This document shows positions 9,967 to 18,263 of a DNA stretch of 18,263 bases, in pieces. The notes below the pieces were generated by a model. That model had not been told where the DNA came from and did not search any database. It saw nothing but the letters and a program-made list of their open reading frames with translations. This stretch comes from Ginkgo biloba (lineage: Eukaryota > Plantae > Ginkgophyta), in contig JANKJI020000001.1 of NCBI GenBank assembly GCA_024626585.2, positions 2,903,047-2,921,309 on the forward strand. The letters are read 5' to 3'. Within the stretch, counting starts at the first letter, position 1; each line of letters starts with the position of its first letter. A program made the translations under genes and the position numbers.

Positions 9967-12310
9967 CATTGTTAGGTGAAATGGCAAGAATAACAATGGG
10001 GACATTATCCCAAACATGCCTTTCCCTTAGTGGGTGGTTATCTTGGGGCATGTGAGAATTCCCCCTTCTTCCATGAGGACCTTAAATTTTTCTCTTACTA
10101 GGGATCCTTTGTTCCCTACTATCATTTAGTGGTAACCTATTCATGGTGCTGGGAGCTTCAATATTCTTTAGTAATGTTTAGACAAACTATTCCCAATCTT
10201 TAACACAATTAATTGAATCTATCTTAGTGTTCCTTAATATGCATTATATAATATAACACAATCTCTATAATATTAAAACATCCATAATTCATAAATATAG
10301 AACATCACATCACATGTCATCAACAAATAACACAATAAATCAACATATTATAATTAAAGTTTCCTTTTATTACTTCAAATCAAACTATTTATAGAGACCA
10401 TAGAGAGTGTCATACATAATGTTCCTTTCTAAAGATCAATTCTATCATCAATCCATAAGATTTTGCCCATGGGGAATATTCTTTTTTTATAGGAAAAAAT
10501 CCCTATTGATTTACCTTTCCAATATTTTCTTTTAAACTTTGAATATTCTTTCACAACTTTATTAAAAAATATTCAATATGACTAAAAAAAACAAATGACT
10601 ATATATATTTATTTCACCCTTGAACTCTTAATTACTTCTATGTAATCATTGTTGCTTCTCCTATTTAGGTATAAGCTTTGATTTTTTTTGAGAAAAAGTA
10701 CTTGGTTTTCTCTTAACTTTATCTGATATGTCAATAGGTTCCATGCATATCTTAGTAAAATATGTATGCTTTATTAGCTTGTATATTCTTTCTACCTCCA
10801 TTTCCATGTCTTTGGTTAGTGAAGTGATGGAGAATTCTAGTTTAGATGGATCTAAAATCAATCTTTCAACATTCTCTATCTTAAGCTTATCCTCTAAGTC
10901 CAACTCTTCAGTAAGCCTTTCTTTTCATCTATTGTCTATTTCTTGACATCTTCAATATTTTTCTCTACTTCACTATCATTCAAAAAAATGATATTGTCAT
11001 CCACCATCTAATTGAACCACTGCTCCAAAATTATGATGGATTCCTAGATCATATCCCTTTCATAGAGACATTAGACAAATTTGCTCTCTTTGATCGCTAT
11101 TTGCTTGACTGCACAATATATTATGTCCAATTTCAGTTCCATTGTCTCATTTTATTTCTCTTTTTCATATGAATCATGCTTATATGCATTGAACAATAAG
11201 CCCCATATATATTTCTTCTTTCTACCATCATAACTCTTCAAATAGTTTATACATAATCTTGTCCATTCACTTCATCACCTCATTGCATTTAGGTTATAAT
11301 TGATTGCAAGCTTCTTCATTTTCTCTCTCTTCTCTATGACTACCATGTGTACCTTTTAGTAGCTATCATTTATTTCCAATTTTTTTTTATGCACACCCTC
11401 AATAATATTCATTATTTATTCAAGTTCTAGTATGACATTAGTAGTCATTATTCTAATATGTTATAATATATCCATATTAGTTGCACCCTTTGGTACAAAT
11501 TTTCCTCATCTACCGTCTCTACTATCTTTGGGATCTATACAATTTGTTGATGATATTGGATCATACTATCTTTCAAGTCTTTCACTTTATTATTATATTG
11601 ATATAATTTCATGCTAACCATACAAGAGACTCTCTCATTTAGGTTTTTCATATCCGAATTTGTCATTGTCTCCAATTGTAACTCTAAGTAATTGATTTCA
11701 TATCCTCATCTGTAATCTAAGCTCTCTTCTTTCTCGTGGACTCTTGCACCCTTGTTATTTCATATTCAACTTCATAGACTTTATCTTATCAAAATTGATA
11801 TGTGCCTTCCTCTTCAATGGTGTGAATGTCATGGGGTTCATCACTTACACATCCTTAATCATTTCTCTGTATTCCACTTTTTAGGCTACATAAGAACATG
11901 CACCTATTTCATTGCCATGTTATTAATCAAAAGTACCTCTTCTTCGCAAGATTCTTGTGCTAATGCATATTTTTTCTATTGATATCATTGATCATGCCTT
12001 TAGATTAGATTTATCTATGCCTCTTTTTGTACATCTTCTTGCCCATATTTTTATGCTTCCTTCTTGCCTTCTTGAACGTCTACTTTATCAATCCAGTGTG
12101 GATTATTAATATTTTTATTTTTCTCTTATGGTTCACCTCCACCATCATTTCTTTTTCTCTTGCATCCTTTGGACATGCTTGTTTTCCTTGATGTAGTATG
12201 CTTCTTAGTGGATGTTCCTTCATCACCCTTCTTATTTTAAAGGAATTATCCAAGCATATATTTCCCATATATATCTTTCGTTTGACTCTTATTTGAGATT
12301 TCAAGTAGCT
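9967..12310 (-). mobile_element. Decayed 3' portion of a probable LTR retrotransposon: accessory ORF remnant, 3' UTR and PPT-like tracts
   Basis: Long purine-rich minus strand with broken E/K-rich ORFs (10661-10903, 12080-12304). PPT-like tracts AAGAAGGGGGAA (~10070-10059) and TAAGGGAAAGGCA|TGTTTGGG (TG at 10016-10015). No gag or pol motif was seen, so the classification is inference. Confidence 0.4.
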
Positions 12311-13262
12311 NNNNNNNNNNNNNNNNNNNNNNNNNNNNNNNNNNNNNNNNNNNNNNNNNNNNNNNNNNNNNNNNNNNNNNNNNNNNNNNNNNNNNNNNNN
12401 NNNNNNNNNNNNNNNNNNNNNNNNNNNNNNNNNNNNNNNNNNNNNNNNNNNNNNNNNNNNNNNNNNNNNNNNNNNNNNNNNNNNNNNNNNNNNNNNNNNN
12501 NNNNNNNNNNNNNNNNNNNNNNNNNNNNNNNNNNNNNNNNNNNNNNNNNNNNNNNNNNNNNNNNNNNNNNNNNNNNNNNNNNNNNNNNNNNNNNNNNNNN
12601 NNNNNNNNNNNNNNNNNNNNNNNNNNNNNNNNNNNNNNNNNNNNNNNNNNNNNNNNNNNNNNNNNNNNNNNNNNNNNNNNNNNNNNNNNNNNNNNNNNNN
12701 NNNNNNNNNNNNNNNNNNNNNNNNNNNNNNNNNNNNNNNNNNNNNNNNNNNNNNNNNNNNNNNNNNNNNNNNNNNNNNNNNNNNNNNNNNNNNNNNNNNN
12801 NNNNNNNNNNNNNNNNNNNNNNNNNNNNNNNNNNNNNNNNNNNNNNNNNNNNNNNNNNNNNNNNNNNNNNNNNNNNNNNNNNNNNNNNNNNNNNNNNNNN
12901 NNNNNNNNNNNNNNNNNNNNNNNNNNNNNNNNNNNNNNNNNNNNNNNNNNNNNNNNNNNNNNNNNNNNNNNNNNNNNNNNNNNNNNNNNNNNNNNNNNNN
13001 NNNNNNNNNNNNNNNNNNNNNNNNNNNNNNNNNNNNNNNNNNNNNNNNNNNNNNNNNNNNNNNNNNNNNNNNNNNNNNNNNNNNNNNNNNNNNNNNNNNN
13101 NNNNNNNNNNNNNNNNNNNNNNNNNNNNNNNNNNNNNNNNNNNNNNNNNNNNNNNNNNNNNNNNNNNNNNNNNNNNNNNNNNNNNNNNNNNNNNNNNNNN
13201 NNNNNNNNNNNNNNNNNNNNNNNNNNNNNNNNNNNNNNNNNNNNNNNNNNNNNNNNNNNNNN

Positions 13263-16250
13263 CTTTAATAACCCTATTCTAGGTTGAAATTCTTTAATCA
13301 ATACATTATAAACATTCAAAACCTAAAACTCAATTTATCATAATGTTCTTGTTGACCTATGAATGGGACCCCCCTCAAAAATCTTACATATGATGATTGG
13401 AACTACACCTTGAAGACAACTTTAGAGAGGCAAGTATATGGTATTCAAAATAGAAGTGATAAATGATGGTGTAAAGGTGACCCAACACTTAGTAAAATTT
13501 TGGTGTTCAGAGTTTGAAGTTTTGAGCAACCAAAGGCAAATGCCTGACGTTCCCATTTTAAAAATCTTGAATAATTCTTAAGTTTGTAGTGGCAAAAAGA
13601 GTTATTTTATTATAATTATCACAGACCTAAATAGGAAATGAAAAAAAAATGATAAATTTGGGGATGAGTTTGTATGCACTCCAGAGATTGAAGTTTAAAA
13701 AAATATGAATAAATAATGATGGGTGCACATCATTCTCCTTGGAAGAAATCCGAATAAACTCAAAGCTCAAAATAGAAGAAATGATTATTTTTTTCTGTTC
13801 TTGGTAGAACTGAATGGGAAATAAAATCCAATTGATGACAAGTTGTCATTCATTTTCACTAAGAGTGAGGTTAGAGAATCTGAGTTTCAAATAAGTCCAT
13901 GATATGTAGTAGATGATATAGAGGGTTCTAATAAATATATCTAAATCATAGGTGCCTGAATAACAAGGAAGCTTAGTCATAATATTTTAAAATTCTCAAG
14001 GCCATAAGAATTTCAATTTGGAAGGTCATCAAAATGGAGATAGAACGGACTAGAATATTTGAAAGAAACACTTGAAGACATTATGTCATCCATACATATG
14101 GTACCATGAGATTTAATCTTATTTTCATCAACGACTAGTTTCAAAGAGGTAAATTATGTTCCCTCCTCTACTCATTTCATAAATTAGGTCAAAATACATG
14201 AATTTAATGCACAAGGTGGTGCCATTATTTGTGTAGGATATGGTAGTCATGCACTAATTATATCTCCACTAATTCATTTATTGAGTAAGGTTTGATGAGC
14301 TATCTTGAACATACTTAGCATAAGAAAGATTATTCTCATTTGTGCATAAGATCTTATAGAAATGAAGACATCACCCTTTACAAAACCCCAAAATATCAAA
14401 AANNNNNNNNNNNNNNNNNNNNNNNNNNNAAAAAAAAAACAGGAGACCTAAAGCAAAGGAAATAATTAAGAATATGAACTCTAAGAAAACCTTCCATGAA
14501 ATTCAATAGTTTCATTCATAACGATTGATTTTAAATTTCCTGCTTGAAATTAATTTGTTATAATCCTAGAACATCAGTAGGTACCATAGAAATTTTCTAG
14601 TAAATCTTCTAAGAGTATTTTAGACAACTAACCTAGTTCCCACTATGTTATAGGATGGTAGCATATTAAGATCATAACCCATCCTTCTAGACTAAGAGAA
14701 GTCATAATAATTTTAGGAGCCTTAGCAATGCCACTGGTCAAAATCATAGATACTCTACATACCTGCCAAGTCAATTTTTAGAGTTACTTTNNNNNNNNNN
14801 AATGATTTCCCCAAGATGAGAATATAGAAAAGAGAGGTAAATACGATTTGGAAGTTTGGATTTATCCAATCCATAGTCATACTTGAGGTGATGCCATGTC
14901 AATTGTTAGTAGAATGGTGTACTCAGAGATTTGATCCCAATAATAGAACCATAGTTTTTACCATAGGATAGGTATTGTGTGTTCTCACTCTTGATATATT
15001 TTAGAAAATATTTCACCTCCCACCTTGTGAGGTGTATTTTTCCTTTGAGAGAGCATATAAGTTATTTCAAGATTATCATGGGANNNNNNNNNNNNNNNNN
15101 NNNNNNNNNNNNNNNNNNNNNNNNNNNNNNNNNNNNNNNNNNNNNNNNNNNNNNNNNNNNNNNNNNNNNNNNNNNNNNNNNNNTAGCTTAAAAGGGATAT
15201 AAAATCCCTTAGAAACTTTTATGTGGCTCTTATCATATCGAATGTTGGCCACCCTCAAACCAATGTCGATGGGAATTTCCTTCACCACTAACATGTTGGT
15301 GGCCTATTTACAAAATATCGTTGGTTGATCTACCTTTTAGGATCTTTTTAGAAAATTCTTATCAATGTCATCGATGCACTCCCAACATGGAGCTCCTTAG
15401 TTTGTCCCATTCCTTGGGAACCAACGTTCCTCTACTCCAACGACTATGTTGGATGATAATTTACTAATCTTAATGGATTTCATCCCTTAATTTCCTGCAA
15501 TGGCCTTTTATAACTTCTCCTAGTCTAGGTTCATTCTCCACAGTAGCTTGGTAGATGCAATATTAATGGTGCCACCTCTAAGAATAATTACCCATGCATG
15601 TGTTAATAATAGTCCTCGATGGTTGTGCCCCAAAACCCTATTTTATTATTTATCGAGTCCATAGAGTCAAACTTTTAGATGGGTGCAACTCATAATGACA
15701 ACCAGACTCACTAATCTCTTGATATGTCACTTTGTCATCGGGTCTTCCAACCTAGATGTTTGTGGGGAAGCTAGGCATGGTTCACTTTAGAACCTTTGAC
15801 ACCTCGATCTCCTAATCTCTAAAACCTGCTTCCCTTTAAATCACTTATCTTTCTTTTCTTTTCTTTTTATTTTTTTCCTTTCAGCCTACAAATGAGTTAT
15901 ATAAATCATCGGGTCTATAGGTTTATGAGCCTACCTTCTAATGTCTCAAGTGCCACCCCAAATCCTATGATTCCTCCATAGCTGATTGAACATAGTTTAT
16001 AACTTGTTAGATCTATAAGTTTATATAAGGCACAACCTAGTTGGGAAAGAGGCCCAAATCCTTGATAACCCAAAAGTCTGATTCCCGATCACCCAACTTC
16101 CTGCTTCACTACTAGGCATGGTCTTCAAAGACTCTCAAAATTAGATTTCATAAAATTTTGGGTCTGTGGGATTTTTAAGTGGTGCAACTTCACTTCTAGT
16201 GACATGGGGCATTATTACTTGATGATGTCAATTCTCTATTAACTGTTTTC
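13263..16250. mobile_element. Mosaic of highly decayed repeat/LTR-retroelement fragments, unclassified
   Basis: CpG-depleted, gap-riddled, with no intact ORFs and no exon-like signal. It contains the 14801-15083 remnant and abuts the protease remnant. Confidence 0.35.
14801..15083 (+). pseudogene. Remnant of a retrotransposon accessory (extra) ORF
   Basis: Reads ...FGFIQSIVILEVMPCQLLVEWCTQRFDPNNRTIVFTIG*VLCVLTLDIF*KIFHLP. This resembles from memory the PCxExxxWC...FD...R.I extra ORFs of gymnosperm Ty3 elements. It has internal stops and gaps on both sides. Confidence 0.45.
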
Positions 16251-16289
16251 CTCCTTTGGTCGACAAAAGTCTCTAACCATTTTGTTCAA

Positions 16290-16620
16290 TAGTAGAGTGT
16301 TGCAACCCTAATGTTGAATCAATCATGCTTCTCTCAACCACAAATGTCCAAGAAGTGTTAAGTATGTCAGCATGCCAAGAGGCATTCAAATCACAACTAA
16401 ACCAACTACAAATGTTTGCCCTATAATATGGATGACTTGATTTGTTAATAATCCTTAGGGGTCCACTCGTCTTTGACCTACCATCTGCAATCTAAATCTT
16501 GATGGCTAAAATGTCGGCCAAACAAGTTGCTTCCAAACTATTCCAAAGATTATGTTAACCCTAAGAGCCCATCTATAATGGTATGCGATAGGCCATTATT
16601 CATCACTTGAATGGTGATTC
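16290..16620 (-). pseudogene. Retroviral-type aspartic protease remnant (Ty3/Gypsy pol)
   Basis: ITIQVMNNGLSHTIIDGLL-[1-nt deletion]-VNIIFGIVWKQLVWPTF*PSRFRLQMVGQRRVDP*GLL...YLTLLGHLWLREA*LIQH*GCNTL. This follows the pattern IDGGSGVNII...LxMADQ...PLG...LLGRPWL...HDW. The catalytic Asp codon is at 16573-16571. Confidence 0.8.
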
Positions 16621-17099
16621 CTACCATATGGTCTTTCTGTGTATAATACCTTTGTTCAAGCTTCCACATGCATTTCTCCTTTTCGTGTATTATATCGTCA
16701 CGATTCCCTATTACCCCCTAATGTTGGCCTTCATACCCCCCCCTCTTTACAACTGTAAACTCAAACTTGGTATGATCATTTAAGATTTGCATTACTAATG
16801 ATACGTTTAGCCTTGCTTCGAAATCTCTCAATGGCTCAACAACGACAAAAATAGTACCACAACACCCAACATCGCCTTCAAGAGTATCAAATTAATGACT
16901 TGGTGTTGGTTTATTATCTGATTTGGAAACCTAGACTTTCCAAAAGTTTGATGCATCATTGGCTAGGACCTTATAAAGTAATAAGGAAATTAACTCCTTT
17001 AGTGAATAAACTTTAGCATTTGGCAAATGGATCTATTCATTATATGCACATGCTTCGAGGATGAAAATCTTCTACAACACTCCCTATGTTCCATTTTGA
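16621..17099 (+). pseudogene. Ty3/Gypsy integrase C-terminal remnant with GPY/F module
   Basis: LPYGLSVYNTFVQASTCISPFRVLYRHDSLLPP (end of the catalytic core), then after a frameshift AQQRQK*YHNTQHRLQEYQINDLVLVY...KPRLSKSLMHHWLGPYKVIRKLTPLV (WLGPY 16960-16974), then ASRMKIFY and a stop at 17097-17099. No chromodomain follows. Confidence 0.88.
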
Positions 17100-17113
17100 G
17101 GGTGGGGGGATAG
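17098..17113 (+). other. Polypurine tract (PPT)
   Basis: GAGGGTGGGGGGATAG directly after the integrase end and directly before TGTAAG. Confidence 0.75.
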
Positions 17114-17327
17114 TGTAAGAAAAACATCAAATAAAAATATGGCATTAGATGTTGGACAATTGAAAGAGGACATTGATGGTTATGCGAAGGTAGTTTCCTA
17201 ATAATCTCCTAGGTGAATGGATAAAAGGAGAACTCAACACACTATATGGGGGTCATAAGGAAGAATAATAACATGGCATTTTGATTACTAATCTTTATGA
17301 TTTGCCTTTGTAGAAATAAATGTGACA
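17114..17327 (+). repeat. Candidate 3' LTR (~214 bp)
   Basis: Begins TGTAAG immediately after the PPT. The tentative end is AATAAATGTGACA at 17327, and this right boundary is uncertain. Confidence 0.5.
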
Positions 17328-17380
17328 ATATACATAATTTTTTATTAAACTTTTAACCTTTTTCCATTTCTAATAACCGT

Positions 17381-17494
17381 TCGAAGAAAAAATCATTCAT
17401 CAATATTTTATATTTCATAACATAATACAAATAGCCGTCGAAGAAAAAATCATTCATCAGTATTTTATATTTCATAACATAATACAAATAGCCG
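17381..17494. repeat. 57-bp tandem duplication, 2 copies, 1 mismatch
   Basis: TCGAAGAAAAAATCATTCATCA(A/G)TATTTTATATTTCATAACATAATACAAATAGCCG at 17381-17437 and 17438-17494. Confidence 0.97.
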
Positions 17495-17822
17495 TTTACA
17501 ACCTCTCCGGCAAATTCTGGTCCTTCACTTCTCATAGGAAAATGAAATACCAAGATTAAAAACAAATAATAAGAACTAAGTTTTAATTTAAAAAAGAAAG
17601 AGGAGTTATTGTACGAGTGTTTAGTGCTAATCACCAAATGAATTCGCTCGAGTTTCGATACCTTCACGGACAGGGCTATCGAAGGTCTCATTCATTCCTG
17701 GCTATGGGTGGCGGGCCACTTAATTGGTATGGAAATGGTAATATTGGCTATGATCGCTCGTCTCGTTTTCAGCCAACCCACGATATTTCCATGGCGAAAT
17801 ACACAGAGGAGAGTCATCAACA

Positions 17823-18263
17823 ATGTTAATGGCAAAACCATTTGGAAACCAGTTAAGAAATCAGAAGAAAAAGACGTTCTTCCTTAAAACTCTTAGTAGA
17901 AAGATATCTGCTAGTGCTTTTAAAATGGCAGACAATGCCAATAATTGCGCTGTGAGAATGCTCTGTAAGCAGAGCCGAATGAAAGAGGCGCTGCACATTT
18001 TGCAGGTTATGGATCATCACGTGGACTCCTCTACCTATGATACTCTGCTGCAAGGATGCCTTAATTATAGAGCCCTGACAGAGGGCAAACTAGTCCATAC
18101 CCACATGATTCAAACGGGATTTAAATGCGAAGACATCTCTTTAGGGAATAAACTTGTAACAATATATGCAAAGTGCGCGAGTCTAGTGGACGCTGGCAGA
18201 GTTTTCGACCAAATGCCTGAACGAGATGTGATCTCATGCACTACAATGGTTGCATCTTATGCC
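17823..18263 (+). CDS. PLS-class pentatricopeptide repeat (PPR) protein, 5' part (runs off the window); probable organellar RNA-editing factor
   Basis: First ATG after an in-frame TGA at 17751, and the frame stays open to the window end: MLMAKPFGNQLRNQKKKTFFLKTLSRKISASAFKMADNANNCAVRMLCKQSRMKEALHILQVMDHHVDSSTYDTLLQGCLNYRALTEGKLVHTHMIQTGFKCEDISLGNKLVTIYAKCASLVDAGRVFDQMPERDVISCTTMVASYA. It shows L-type (TY..LLQGC...L.EGK.VH..MI..GF) and S-type (GN.LV..YAKC..L.DA..VFD.MPERDV.S) motifs. The first 36 aa are basic and lack acidic residues, like a transit peptide. E/DYW domains are not visible in this window. Confidence 0.93.
   Translation, partial: MLMAKPFGNQLRNQKKKTFFLKTLSRKISASAFKMADNANNCAVRMLCKQSRMKEALHILQVMDHHVDSSTYDTLLQGCLNYRALTEGKLVHTHMIQTGFKCEDISLGNKLVTIYAKCASLVDAGRVFDQMPERDVISCTTMVASYA

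Noticed and set aside
12212-13319. 356-357 aa ORFs in the ORF track
   Set aside because: Artefacts of the N gap at 12311-13262.
14225-14270. ICVGYGSH as a decayed gag zinc knuckle
   Set aside because: Spacing and residues do not fit CX2CX4HX4C well enough to call.
14640-14670. TAGGATGGT resembling the 5S rRNA C-box of Cassandra TRIMs
   Set aside because: Too short, with no A-box or flanking 5S similarity.
17381-17494. Direct repeats as a possible CRISPR array
   Set aside because: Two abutting copies with no spacers, no cas genes and a eukaryotic context.
17353-17691. 112-aa minus-strand ORF with a repeated 19-aa peptide
   Set aside because: The peptide repeat simply reflects the 57-bp DNA duplication, and the composition is that of translated AT-rich promoter DNA.
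17853-18053. 66-aa minus-strand ORF
   Set aside because: Antisense shadow of the PPR coding sequence.

Overview
Gappy, AT-rich land-plant nuclear genomic sequence. The long TE-filled intron, the retroelement styles and the PLS-class PPR gene suggest a gymnosperm/conifer draft assembly (inference). It holds two divergently oriented host genes, neither fully captured by the ORF track. (1) A minus-strand, two-coding-exon small OB-fold nucleic-acid-binding gene of the Arabidopsis At4g28440-like family (exon 1 5892-5670, exon 2 907-736). Its ~4.8 kb GT-AG intron carries a decayed, internally deleted Ty3/Gypsy LTR retrotransposon (LTR, PBS-like site, gag, RT with YLDD) and a probable ~240 bp non-autonomous Helitron. 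(2) The 5' end of a plus-strand PLS-class PPR gene (17823 to window end) with a basic organellar-transit-peptide-like N-terminus. The ~11.9 kb between the two start codons is mostly N gaps and old LTR-retroelement debris. This includes a minus-strand aspartic protease joined directly to a plus-strand integrase/GPY-F/PPT/LTR block just upstream of the PPR promoter. I found no convincing new multi-gene system. The best leads are the inverted protease/integrase junction with its atypical-looking integrase, the TE-loaded intron with a candidate poison exon, and the regulatory architecture upstream of both genes. Family resemblances are from memory; no searches were run.
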